From Wolbachia endosymbiont of Onchocerca ochengi (GTDB lineage: Bacteria > Pseudomonadota > Alphaproteobacteria > Rickettsiales > Anaplasmataceae): 32,000 bases of DNA. How positions within the stretch are numbered: position 1 is the stretch's first letter; every line of letters begins with the position of its first letter. The stretch covers positions 30,001 through 62,000 of the forward strand of contig NC_018267.1 of the NCBI RefSeq assembly GCF_000306885.1. Direction: 5' to 3'. The notes beneath the pieces are model-generated. The model was not told where the DNA came from. It saw only the letters and a list, made by a program, of their open reading frames with translations, and did no database searches. A program made the position numbers and the translations under genes. Positions 22,427 to 32,000 of the stretch are shown here, piece by piece.

Positions 22427-23603
22427 TTATTATATATTGATAATAAGTTTATAGCTTCACATAATATAGGTTTGTTACCACTTTACACTAAGTGATGTAA
22501 AGTTACAATGTAATAACTGCACTAAAACTTACTTACTACCTCCGGACAAACAAGTAAATTCAGAAGGAAGAAAATAAAGCATACAAACTGCAACCACGCA
22601 TGGTGTGAATCTTTATAAGAGCCAGGTAAGGTGCATGCTACCATTTATTACACAAGAAAAAAAGTTAACAAAGGAATTTTCTAGTGTTTAGTTTACCACT
22701 TTAGAGCTTTTGTTGTAGTAATAAGGGTATATATTGCAGCAGCTAACCTCTCCTAAGGAAGTAAACAAAAAATATAAAAACAAATCAGTTCATATAAGGA
22801 TTCAATAAGTCCTAAATTAGGATATAAAAAAAGCAAACTGACAGTTCGAGCATAAAAAGGCTTACACTACAAAAAAGTTTTATCAAAATTACCTTTTTTA
22901 CCTCTAAGATCTAGTTAAGCTGAACTTAATCTTTCAATTTCATCAATTAAAAAACCAGTAGACTCAAGCGTTATGCACTAGAATAACATTTTTTTGAATT
23001 TTTAAATTGTTTTAATTATAAATATTTAAGAAATTTACCTGATAAAAAAGACAAAAGAAACCTCAATCAGTATCTATTTTCAATTTAGCGTTTTTAAAAG
23101 TCTTAAACACTGCAATTTAAAGACTCTTAAACTTGCAATAGACTTTTTAGCTTAAATGCCAAGAAACTTACTAAGCAGAAAAAGGGAAAAGAACTGATAG
23201 GTAGAGCTTTTCACTCTCTCTAACCTTGCAAATCGATATTTTATGCTACATTAAACAACTTATAAGGGTATTTCAGCTTGAAAAGTTAAAAGTTCAGATA
23301 AAATAATAAAGACACAAGGTATACATAGTGTAAAAAATCAAATATAAGATATCAATTACGTAATAATCCTGTCACTCAACCTACACAAGTTAAAGATAAC
23401 TGAATACCTTTGCGCATTACGGTAACGGAGTTAGCAAAGTTTGTCCGATAATTTTTCGTTTCTAACTTGTTATATATGCCTAGGAGCGTTGCCAAAAATT
23501 ATACAAAAGCCTATACCAGTGAAGAATAATTAAAGGTTAGCTATAAATGACCCATAAAACAAGAATATATATCATCATATCTTAGACTCTACGAGCCCTC
23601 CTA

Positions 23604-24704
23604 CTAATAAAATCGAGAGCTTAGCCTTAAATCTTCTTCAGAAGTTATACAATTGAGTAGCAATCCTATACATATCAAGCTTGAAGCAGTTATGCTTCCT
23701 CCATAGGATAAAAATGGTAATGGATCTCCTATTATAGGTAAAAGACCTATTGTCATTCCAATATTTATGAAGAAATGAACACCAAAAAAAGCAAAAATTC
23801 CGATAGATAATAACTTAGAAAAGTAAACTTTTGATCTGTAGGCAACAGAGAATATTATAGCAAGTAACGTAGTATAAAGGAGAATCAAAACTATGCTACC
23901 TAAAAACCCCCACTCTTCGCTAAGTACTGCAAAAGCAAAATCTGTACGCCTTTCCGGTAAAAATCCAAGCTGAGTTTGACTTCCATTAGCAAAGCCCTTA
24001 CCAAGCAAACCTCCTGAACCAATAGCTATTTGAGACTGCTGTGCATTATAACCTATTCCAAGCGGATCCGTTGATGAATCCAAAAACGATAGTATCCTTT
24101 GTTTGTGATAAGGGCGTAAAAAAAAACAAATGACTGGCATCACAAAAATACTAAATATTCCAAAAATTATTAAATGTGACCCTTTTATTATTGATGTAAA
24201 TATAATTGATGTCCCTATAAATAACATTATTACAGCTGTGCCTAAATTTGGTTGTTTTAATACCAAGAACACAGGCAAAAAAATAATTATAAGCGCCTTA
24301 AATAGTTTTTGAAATTCCATCATTTTATATACACTTTGCTTACTAAAATAGCGAGCAAGTGCAAGCACTAATCCCACTTTCGCAAATTCTGATGGCTGTA
24401 AACTAACTGACCCAATTCTTATCCACCTTGCTGAACCCATTATAAACGAACCAGAAAAATTAACTACTAATAATGCAATCACTGCTGCTATATAAAAAAA
24501 ATAAGCATGCTTTAAATAAAAATTCAGCTCTATGAACGACATAGCTATAGCCAGTAAAAAAAAAGAAGAGAATACAACTAATTGATGAATTGCGAATGGC
24601 ATCCACTTTCTTCCAGCAGAAGAATATTGAACAATAATGCCAATACAAAATAGAGCTATTACGTTAATGACCAGCAACCAATGAACCTTCTTCAACCTAT
24701 CCAT
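23604..24704 (-). CDS. rodA: Rod shape-determining protein RodA (SEDS family)
   Basis: About 10 TM helices, LQPSEFAKVGLVLALARYF, FLPERRTDFAFAVLSEEWGF, GDPLPFLSYGGS. Confidence 0.93.
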   Translation of the reverse strand: MDRLKKVHWLLVINVIALFCIGIIVQYSSAGRKWMPFAIHQLVVFSSFFLLAIAMSFIELNFYLKHAYFFYIAAVIALLVVNFSGSFIMGSARWIRIGSVSLQPSEFAKVGLVLALARYFSKQSVYKMMEFQKLFKALIIIFLPVFLVLKQPNLGTAVIMLFIGTSIIFTSIIKGSHLIIFGIFSIFVMPVICFFLRPYHKQRILSFLDSSTDPLGIGYNAQQSQIAIGSGGLLGKGFANGSQTQLGFLPERRTDFAFAVLSEEWGFLGSIVLILLYTTLLAIIFSVAYRSKVYFSKLLSIGIFAFFGVHFFINIGMTIGLLPIIGDPLPFLSYGGSITASSLICIGLLLNCITSEEDLRLSSRFY

Positions 24705-24757
24705 AGCAAAAGCTCCAGTACCTTATAGTATAGTAAAATATAAAGTAAAGGTAAAAA

Positions 24758-26233
24758 TCAAAAAACCAATTTTTCAACTACTAAACCTACTAAACGAATT
24801 GGATTACTATATATCCCAATTACTATTGTTAAAATAGCCATGAAAAACAGGCAAAAAAGCATAGGTAATGGCACCTCATTAGCCTTACCAGGCATCATTC
24901 TAACGCGTGATGTGGCATCATTTCCAAAATACATTTTCTCTACCATCTGCCATACATATATTAGTGCAAGAAAAGAACTTACAGTAAAAACTATAAGAGA
25001 AACCCATGCATGAGACTCAATAATTGCTTTCATCATATACCACTTACTTATAAAGCCACTTGTTAAAGGCACACCAATTAACGCTAACCCAAGCAGAGTA
25101 GACGCAAACGTCATATAGGGCATTGATTTTTCAAGTCCTGACAAATTTTCTACTTTTGTTGAGTCAAATTTATAAGAAATACATCCAGCTGTCATGAATA
25201 AAGACGTCTTTATTATACTGTGATTTATTGTATGGAGAATTGCTGCAAACAAACCTGCTTTCGAGTTTAAACTCAGCATTAAAATTATATAGCCAATCTG
25301 GCTAATACTGGAATTAGCAAGCAACCTTTTCATGTCTTTCGCAGTTATTGCAAATATCGAACCAAATACAATAGCACAAAGCGCAAGTGTAACTATTACG
25401 TTGTCTAATGGCGGTTTAAATAAAAAAAAATTTTGATGAAAAACAGTATAAAAGATCCTGATAAAAACATATATCATAACTTTGGTTACTGTGCCTGAAA
25501 AAAATATACTAATGAAACTTGGCGCCTCACTGTATGAATTAACTAGCCACTTACCCAATGGAAATAGTGCCATCTTGATTGAAAGAGCAACAAAAACAAA
25601 TAATGTGCCAAGCTTTACGATGTTATTATCATATAGCGGTACTATTCTCTCAGCCATGTCAGACATATTGAGCGTACCTGTCATAGAATATAAAAGCCCA
25701 ATACCAAACAAATAAAACGTTGCACCTATCGTTCCACTAATCAGATATTCTAACGCTGCAACTAGAGCTTTCTTATCTCTTCCCATTGAAACTAGCACGT
25801 AAGAAGAAAGAGACGAAATTTCTAAAAAAACATAGAGATTGAATATGTCGTTTGTTACCAAAATCCCAAGCAATCCACTTAAGCATAACAGAAACAAAGA
25901 GTAGAAATCAGTTATCTTATTTTTGCTAATCTCTTTTTTGTTAACACAAAAACTATAAAGAACACTTATCAGAGCTACAAAATTTACTAAAGTTAAAACT
26001 AAGGAATTCAACATATCAATCCTTAATTCTATTCCGTAGGTAGGAGCCCAATCTCCAAGGTAATAAATTACAACTTCACCATTATAAGCTTTCATAAGTA
26101 GTATTAATGAAATAAAAAAAGTAGCTACTGTTGTAGTAAAAGAGATAAACCAGGATAACTTATGTTCTCTTGCTAGAGAACAAAACATCGATGCAATTAT
26201 TGGTATAATAACTTGTAAGATTGGTAATTGCAT
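24758..26233 (-). CDS. Proton-conducting antiporter subunit, MnhD/MrpD- or NuoN-like
   Basis: 491 aa polytopic protein: FSLFLLCLSGLLGILVTNDIFNLYVFLEISSLSSYVLV and AYLLxNSSISQIGYIILMLSLNSKAGLFAAILHTINHSIIKTSLFM-type signature. Confidence 0.85.
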   Translation of the reverse strand: MQLPILQVIIPIIASMFCSLAREHKLSWFISFTTTVATFFISLILLMKAYNGEVVIYYLGDWAPTYGIELRIDMLNSLVLTLVNFVALISVLYSFCVNKKEISKNKITDFYSLFLLCLSGLLGILVTNDIFNLYVFLEISSLSSYVLVSMGRDKKALVAALEYLISGTIGATFYLFGIGLLYSMTGTLNMSDMAERIVPLYDNNIVKLGTLFVFVALSIKMALFPLGKWLVNSYSEAPSFISIFFSGTVTKVMIYVFIRIFYTVFHQNFFLFKPPLDNVIVTLALCAIVFGSIFAITAKDMKRLLANSSISQIGYIILMLSLNSKAGLFAAILHTINHSIIKTSLFMTAGCISYKFDSTKVENLSGLEKSMPYMTFASTLLGLALIGVPLTSGFISKWYMMKAIIESHAWVSLIVFTVSSFLALIYVWQMVEKMYFGNDATSRVRMMPGKANEVPLPMLFCLFFMAILTIVIGIYSNPIRLVGLVVEKLVF

Positions 26234-26286
26234 TAAATTTTTGTTAAAGTATTAGTATATATAATACTCTTTATTTTAATAGCTTT

Positions 26287-26604
26287 ATGTTATCTAAAAT
26301 TTTTAATGCAATAAAATGTTTACTACAAAGAAAAGGTAAATTTGTAGGAAGAGATAAGAGTGAAAACTTTTACTATGAATCGGATACAGGAAAAAGGTGG
26401 GTTATATATAGTAGTGTTCCCGAACCTACAATAATACCTCAAGAGTGGCACACATGGATTCATTATACTGATAATGTAGTACCAGTTAATGACAAAAAAA
26501 TAAAGGTGAAACATACATCTAATTTGACGAGCACAAAAGATGTACATCATTCTAACCAAAAAGCAAAAAATTATTACAAAAGCTGGAATCCTAATAATAA
26601 CTAA
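26287..26604 (+). CDS. NDUFA12-like (NADH:ubiquinone oxidoreductase 17.2 kDa subunit family) protein
   Basis: 105 aa: FVGRDKSENFYYES...KRWVIYS...EPTIIPQEWHTWIHYTDN, the family's core pattern. Confidence 0.85.
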   Translation: MLSKIFNAIKCLLQRKGKFVGRDKSENFYYESDTGKRWVIYSSVPEPTIIPQEWHTWIHYTDNVVPVNDKKIKVKHTSNLTSTKDVHHSNQKAKNYYKSWNPNNN

Positions 26605-27390
26605 AGACGCGAAGATCAAGTATACTTGAAATACCTGTCAGGTTGTTTGTACTAATTCTTACTATTTTTTTGATTTGCCTTGCTGTTGATAAACTATCTG
26701 ATATAAAAAACTATAAGGATTACTATAGAATATATAGATTTTTTACTGATACTAATGGGTATAGGAGTGAACAGTAATATCAAGGTTTGTAGAGTAAATA
26801 TTAAAAACATAACTAGCATATTTACTTGATAAAAGTACCTATGTAACATGGATTAATATGTGTGCATAAGTAAGACATAAAATTGTCAGTTTGATGGCTC
26901 AGAACCCTAACAACCAGCAGTAGAGTTGTGGTTAACAGCAAATTTGTCAACATATTACTTAGATTAGGTGCTAAATCAATTTTAAAAAGTGGTAAAACAG
27001 AGTATACTTCAATCTGAAGTGAACATGAGTGAAATAATAGATAAAATTCCTGATATATTTTCAAAACAGTTTGACTTGTAATAATAAAAACTACTTGACA
27101 AACTTTGCTAACCTTCTTGCTATGGCAGTGAAGCTACTTATTGATCTTAGCAAAATCTCTGTAGTGAACTAATGACAAAAAACTAATGTATTTGATGCAT
27201 GTTATATTTAATTTTCTGTACTATGTGCACTATATGTCTTTCACATTACGACCTAACATCTACTAGCTATAAGCGCTATAAAATAGTACCTATTTAAGTG
27301 CTTAAAAGCTCTTAAAATACCAACATATAAGTGAGATAGATAGTGGTAATTAGCCAATTATAAATGGACATTTGCTTTTACAAAAAATAG

Positions 27391-27457
27391 CGTAATTCCA
27401 GAATGTAATGCTAGAATCTATTTTCTTGGATCTCAGCTCTGCCACTTGGATAATACC
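27391..27457 (+). repeat. Decayed palindromic-element copy in intergenic DNA
   Basis: cgtaattccagaatgtaatgctagaatctattttcttggatctcagctctgccacttggataatacca has the same module layout (ATTCCAG...CTAGAAT / TTGGATCTCAG...CACTTGGAT) as the elements in ctaA and pccA. Confidence 0.55.
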
Positions 27458-27558
27458 ACTTATACTGCACCTATAAGTTGCAATCTTTATATAGCCATAG
27501 GTTTGACTATAATTTTCTCCAAAAACGTAAAATAGTATAATAAATCAATAGAGTACTA

Positions 27559-27635
27559 TGGTGGGACTAGTGCGATTCGAACGCACGACCTTTGGATTAG
27601 GAATCCAATGCTCTATCCTACTGAGCTATAGTCCC
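27559..27635 (-). tRNA. tRNA-Arg (anticodon CCT), 3' CCA encoded
   Basis: Reverse complement GGGACTA TA GCTC AGTAGGATA GAGC A TTGGA TTCCTAA TCCAA AGGTC GTGCG TTCGAAT CGCAC TAGTCCC A CCA. All stems perfectly paired. Confidence 0.96.
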
Positions 27636-27775
27636 ATTCCCTATCACTTACAAATGGTCATAGTAAAAAACTCCTTATTTTCTAAATCCTTCTTACATAA
27701 CTAATTTACAACAATAAAAACGCTCCTATACATTTCTTGAGTATAATGTTATCATATTTAATAATATAGTTTCAG

Positions 27776-28504
27776 TTGATGCTAATTAATAACATTAGTT
27801 ACTCTTATGGTAATCAGGGTGATTTTGCTTTAAGCAATATAAATATTGAAGTAAAACGAGGAAATGTTGCATGTTTATTGGGACATTCAGGCTGTGGTAA
27901 GTCAACGATTTTAAAATTAATCGCAGGGATAGAAAATCCAAAATCTGGTACCATTTTTATAAATAACAGATTAGTAGCAAGTAATAATACATCAATTGCA
28001 ATAGAACATAGGAATGTAGGATTGATTTTCCAACATTCCGCATTATTTCCTCACAAAACAGTGATAGAGAATATAACTTTTGCTATTCGTAGTGCTTCTA
28101 AAAAGGAAAAGTATCTTACTGCATTGGAAATTTTGAAGCTATTAGACATAGCAAAATATGAAAACATGTACTCTAATGCTCTATCAGGAGGACAGCAACA
28201 ATTAGTTGCGATAGCAAGAGTAATGGCACAAAATCCTGATGTTGTATTGCTTGATGAACCGTTTTCTAATTTAGATATACTGCTTAAGTGCCAAACAAGA
28301 CACCATGTATTATCTCTTTTTAGAAGTAAAAATATTCCTGTGCTAATGGTAACTCATGACTTACAAGAAGCATTAAAAGTTGCAGATTCTATCTATGTAA
28401 TGAAAAACGGCAAAATTATTCAATCAGGAGTTTCCAGCGATATATATCAAGGACTTGAGGATAGCACATTGCAACATATTTGTTACTACTTAGAAAAAAC
28501 CTAA
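27776..28504 (+). CDS. ABC transporter ATP-binding protein, FbpC/PotA-like (possibly ferric iron)
   Basis: Walker A GHSGCGKST, Q-loop, signature LSGGQQQLVAIARVMAQNP, Walker B VVLLDEPFSNLD, H-loop VTHD. Confidence 0.9.
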   Translation: MMLINNISYSYGNQGDFALSNINIEVKRGNVACLLGHSGCGKSTILKLIAGIENPKSGTIFINNRLVASNNTSIAIEHRNVGLIFQHSALFPHKTVIENITFAIRSASKKEKYLTALEILKLLDIAKYENMYSNALSGGQQQLVAIARVMAQNPDVVLLDEPFSNLDILLKCQTRHHVLSLFRSKNIPVLMVTHDLQEALKVADSIYVMKNGKIIQSGVSSDIYQGLEDSTLQHICYYLEKT

Positions 28505-28633
28505 TCTAAAATTATTATAAAATAGATCGAAAAATTTTGATCTATAGTTAAATAAAGGTGGTATAATCCATATGTCACTTGACTTTAGTCAAGTTTTTAT
28601 ACTTAATATTTAATATTTTAAATGGAGGTGCAA

Positions 28634-28801
28634 ATGAGTTTAGGACCATGGCAATTGTTTTTAGTTTTAATAATAATCTTAGTTCTGTTTGGTGCAGGTA
28701 GGTTACCACAAGTTATGGGTGACTTAGGAAAAGGCATTAAAAACCTTAAACAAGGACTTAAGGAGTCAGAGAAACTGTCATCTAACGAACCAGATCATTA
28801 G
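28634..28801 (+). CDS. tatA: Twin-arginine translocase subunit TatA (not in supplied ORF track)
   Basis: ATG 28634 to TAG 28801, 55 aa: [55 protein letters not shown]. Has FGAGRLP...LG.GI..FK-type motif and ggagg upstream. Confidence 0.95.
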   Translation: MSLGPWQLFLVLIIILVLFGAGRLPQVMGDLGKGIKNLKQGLKESEKLSSNEPDH

Positions 28802-28815
28802 CGTCCTTACATTTC

Positions 28816-28841
28816 ATGACACGCACTAAAGTGCGTGTCAT
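28816..28841 (+). terminator. Strong hairpin just after tatA
   Basis: Perfect 11-bp inverted repeat atgacacgcac/gtgcgtgtcat with TAAA loop, 14 nt after the stop. Lacks a clear T-run. Confidence 0.45.
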
Positions 28842-28950
28842 TCGTTCAAAAACCCAGCTAAGTTAAAAAATATAGATTGAAATACAAGATAGTTACATTA
28901 GTTTAAGATTAGTAGTTTTAATCAAAGTTAACTATACAAAGAGCTGAGAA

Positions 28951-29451
28951 GCTAACTGAAAATAAAAAATTAGCTTCTGATGTTCTAAGAGAAATTATGG
29001 TACTGATAATACCAACAGCAATGAAATAATGTTGTTCAGTTTAACATTATAAAGCAGCTTTGCATAAATGTGGCTTAATTGGTCATCTCTCCTTACCACC
29101 ATCACTACCTACCTATACCTGTTCTATCTTACCTAGTTATACAACTATTTTTTCTATACCTCTAATATTATTTTCACTGCAGTTTTTATTTGGCTTGACT
29201 CTTCTTGGAAGCTTTTGTTAGCTGGATATGCAGTAATAATAGCTCTTCCACTGTCTTTCACTCACTTTCTTCCTGCATCGGCACAACTTTTATTTAGCCT
29301 GGTATTATAGGTAAAGATAGTCTTTTCTTTATACTAGGAGTTTTTTTAATATCATTGTGCACACTGTTATACTTATCCCTACTATGATAACCAGAGGGAT
29401 TACAGCTTATAATAGGAATACTTTCTCATAAAAAGCTTTGTACGTGGTTAA
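28951..29451 (+). pseudogene. Decayed tandem copy of the adjacent exoD-like gene
   Basis: Collinear with 29566-30222. N-term ENKKLASDVLREI vs KNKKLVSDILKEV; middle YLTSYTTIFSIPLILFSLQFLFG vs PPGYTTILSIPLILFSLQLLFG; end aaaaagctttgtacgtggttaagcttta vs gaaaagctttgtatatggttaagcttta. Contains many stops and frameshifts. Confidence 0.85.
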
Positions 29452-29565
29452 GCTTTATAACACACCTTAGCACAAGATGAATCCCCTGATATAAATGAAG
29501 AATGAATGTTGAAATATAGCAATAATTATGCTAACTAAAAGGGATAATTTTGTCCAAGGATAAAT

Positions 29566-30222
29566 GTGCAAAAAAATGAGAGACTAATTAAAAATAAAAA
29601 ATTGGTTTCCGATATTTTAAAAGAGGTTGCAGATATCAACACTAATAACAGTAATAAAGTGACATTGTTTGATATTAAAATAGCTCTACAAGAACGCGGT
29701 TTTGGTATTTTAATAATTATTTTCTCTTTACCACTATCGATACCTATACCTGTTCCACCTGGTTATACAACTATACTTTCTATACCTTTAATCTTGTTCT
29801 CACTACAGCTTTTGTTCGGGTTTCACTCTCCCTGGATGCCGCATTGGTTAGAAAGAAAATCCTTTCAATCTTCAACACTAGCTTTTGTAGTAGAGAGGAC
29901 TTCACCTGCATTAAAAAAAATAGAAAAGTTCATGAAACCAAGAATACCTTTCATTTTCTATGGACCTGGTGAGAAAATTCTAGCTTTTATAATGTTGATT
30001 TGTGCATTATCGATAGCCATTCCACTGCCCTTAACTAATTTTATTCCTGCAATCGGTACAACTTTCATTTCACTTGGCATTATGAGCAAAGATGGACTTC
30101 TCTCCATATTGGGAGTTCTAGTATCTTTGTGCGGTTTATTACTTACCCTTGTTGTAATAGTTGAAGGACCACAGCTCATAATTGGAGCGTTTTCTTTTCT
30201 GAAAAGCTTTGTATATGGTTAA
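29566..30222 (+). CDS. Exopolysaccharide synthesis ExoD-family membrane protein
   Basis: KVTLFDIKIALQERGFGILIIIFSLPLSIPIPVPPGYTTILSIPLILFSLQLL...WLP family pattern with C-terminal TM helices. Confidence 0.87.
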   Translation: MQKNERLIKNKKLVSDILKEVADINTNNSNKVTLFDIKIALQERGFGILIIIFSLPLSIPIPVPPGYTTILSIPLILFSLQLLFGFHSPWMPHWLERKSFQSSTLAFVVERTSPALKKIEKFMKPRIPFIFYGPGEKILAFIMLICALSIAIPLPLTNFIPAIGTTFISLGIMSKDGLLSILGVLVSLCGLLLTLVVIVEGPQLIIGAFSFLKSFVYG

Positions 30223-31588
30223 GCTTTACAATACTTTAACAAAAAAAAAAGAGCTCTTTACACCGATCGACAAAGGTCATATAAAAATGTACGTTTGCGG
30301 ACCAACCGTATATGATACAGCACATATAGGTAATGCACGTGCTGCTATTGTCTATGACGTATTATTTCAGTTGCTTAAATCTCATTATGGCAAAGTTACC
30401 TATGTACGCAACATAACTGATATTGATGATAAGATAATCAATGCAGCAAGTGAAAAAAATAGCAGTATAGAAAGTATAACTACACATTACACTAAGGCTT
30501 TTCGTGAAGACATGAAAAGTCTAAACTGTGTAGAACCAACACATGAGCCGAAAGCAACAGAAAATATAGATTGCATTATCAAATTAATTGAACATTTGCT
30601 AATATCTAATCATGCCTATGAATCCGATAAACATGTATATTTTAGTATTGAATCTTACCCTGAGTATGGTGCTTTATCAGGGAAAAAAATTAATGAATTA
30701 GATCATGGCAGCAGAGTTAAAGTTGGTAAAAACAAAAAGCATCCAGGAGATTTTGTACTATGGAAACCAGCAAACGACATTGACTACAAGCTTTCAAGTC
30801 ACTGGAATAGTCCATGGGGAAAAGGAAGACCTGGATGGCATATCGAATGTTCGGCAATGGCATATGCATATCTTGGTAAAGATTTTGACATCCATGGTGG
30901 GGGTATAGATTTACAATTTCCTCATCATGAGAACGAAATTGCGCAAAGCAAATCTGCATTTAGTGGGTCAATGTTCGCAAAATATTGGGTACATAATGGT
31001 TTCCTGACGGTAAACGAAGAAAAAATGAGCAAGTCCTTATTTAACATAGTTAAAGTAAGAGATTTGCTCGATAGTGGAATAAAGGGAGAAGTAATACGTC
31101 ATGCATTGTTCAAAACTCATTATAGAAAACCACTCGATTGGACAAGAGATATTATTTGGGAGTCGCAAGAAACTTTAAACAAGTTCTATCGGTTATTACG
31201 TAGTGTGGATATAGCAAGCATTGATGAAAGCAATACAGAAGTATATAAAGATTTTATAGAGGCTTTGAAAAATGACCTAAATATCCCTGAAGCTTTAGTT
31301 ATATTGCATGAAATGGCCACAAAAATCAATAAAACAAACAATGAACATAAAAAACTCAAATTAACTGAAAGTTTTGTTAAGAGTGCACGATTTATTGGTC
31401 TTCTTAAATCAAGTTATCAAGAGTGGTTTACCGTAGGCGTAGACCACCGAGAAATAGAAAGATTAGTAAATTTAAGAAAGGCAGCAAAAAAAAATAAAGA
31501 TTATGATGCTGCCGACAAAATAAGAGATCAGTTAAAAAGGATGAAGGTTACAATTTTTGATAACGAAGATGGTACAACAACCTGGTAA
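30209..31588 (+). CDS. cysS: Cysteinyl-tRNA synthetase
   Basis: [50 protein letters not shown]. 459 aa. Confidence 0.98.
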   Translation: MYMVKLYNTLTKKKELFTPIDKGHIKMYVCGPTVYDTAHIGNARAAIVYDVLFQLLKSHYGKVTYVRNITDIDDKIINAASEKNSSIESITTHYTKAFREDMKSLNCVEPTHEPKATENIDCIIKLIEHLLISNHAYESDKHVYFSIESYPEYGALSGKKINELDHGSRVKVGKNKKHPGDFVLWKPANDIDYKLSSHWNSPWGKGRPGWHIECSAMAYAYLGKDFDIHGGGIDLQFPHHENEIAQSKSAFSGSMFAKYWVHNGFLTVNEEKMSKSLFNIVKVRDLLDSGIKGEVIRHALFKTHYRKPLDWTRDIIWESQETLNKFYRLLRSVDIASIDESNTEVYKDFIEALKNDLNIPEALVILHEMATKINKTNNEHKKLKLTESFVKSARFIGLLKSSYQEWFTVGVDHREIERLVNLRKAAKKNKDYDAADKIRDQLKRMKVTIFDNEDGTTTW

Positions 31589-31594
31589 GTTCAT

Positions 31595-32000
31595 ATGGAA
31601 AACTATCTACTACTATTCATAGATAATCTATTATCTTCATTAATCTTGCCCATATACGAAGGTTTTGTATTTTATACTATGTTGTATTTTAGGTCATATT
31701 ACAACCCACTACTTATGTTACTTTTTGGAGTATTGGGCTCAAGTATTGGTGGAATAGTCAATTGGCATTTGGGTAAAATAACAATTTTCGCTAGAAAAGC
31801 ATATCACAAATTAGAAAATGAGTACACAACCCCAAAAATAATAAGAAATTTGCTAATTTGTGCAGTTACATTGCTTTCATGGATGTCAGCACTTGGAAGT
31901 GCAATTCAAGTTTTATCAGGTTATTTTAAACTAAACTTCAGTGCCTTTACTTTACTAACTATCGTATCCAATTTCCTTTATTTATTATACCTCACTACCA
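31595..32000 (+). CDS. DedA/YqaA-like membrane protein, 5' part (runs off window)
   Basis: Open frame from ATG 31595: MENYLLLFIDNLLSSLILPIYEGFVFYTMLYFRSYYNPLLMLLFGVLGSSIGGIVNWHLGK...WMSALGSAIQVLSGYFKLNF. Absent from the ORF track because it has no stop within the window. Confidence 0.6.
   Translation, partial: MENYLLLFIDNLLSSLILPIYEGFVFYTMLYFRSYYNPLLMLLFGVLGSSIGGIVNWHLGKITIFARKAYHKLENEYTTPKIIRNLLICAVTLLSWMSALGSAIQVLSGYFKLNFSAFTLLTIVSNFLYLLYLTT

Noticed and set aside
22149-22454. 101-aa plus-strand ORF
   Set aside because: Antisense to dapD.
26323-26619. 98-aa minus-strand ORF
   Set aside because: Antisense to the NDUFA12-like gene, which has clear family motifs.
26822-27064. 80-aa minus-strand ORF; also a plus-strand stretch SRVVVNSKFVNILLRLGAKSILKSGKTEY vaguely like ribosomal protein S7
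   Set aside because: Neither has enough conserved positions to assign. The S7 resemblance is short and surrounded by stops.
28522-28545. AT-rich inverted repeat atagatcgaaaaattttgatctat between the ABC ATPase and tatA
   Set aside because: Such AT palindromes are expected often in this composition. No T-run follows, so I did not call a terminator.

Overview
AT-rich 32 kb window that looks like chromosomal housekeeping DNA from a reduced alphaproteobacterial endosymbiont. Protein sequences and gene content point to Rickettsiales, most likely Wolbachia (inferred by family recognition, no search run). About 24 genes account for roughly two thirds of the window: ftsA (partial), der, a dsbB-like gene, a LytM/M23-like lipoprotein, leuS, the F0 ATP synthase cluster atpB-atpE-atpF'-atpF, ctaA, pccA, gltX, a MidA/NDUFAF7-like methyltransferase, a two-gene cassette ending in a probable DUF2610 protein, dapD, rodA, an MnhD/NuoN-like antiporter subunit, an NDUFA12-like protein, an FbpC-like ABC ATPase, tatA (absent from the ORF track), exoD-like, cysS and a partial DedA/YqaA-like membrane protein. 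There are two tRNAs, Thr(TGT) and Arg(CCT). The rest is long, mostly decayed intergenic DNA. I see no phage, IS element, CRISPR, toxin, secretion locus or obvious new defence system. The most interesting signals are: (1) in-frame insertions resembling Wolbachia palindromic elements inside two neighbouring essential-type genes, ctaA and pccA, plus a decayed copy in an intergenic region; (2) a LytM-domain lipoprotein that has lost all recognisable zinc-ligand positions; (3) a decayed tandem duplicate of exoD next to the intact copy; (4) a 52-nt convergent 3' overlap of ctaA and pccA; (5) a few decayed ORFs in intergenic DNA.
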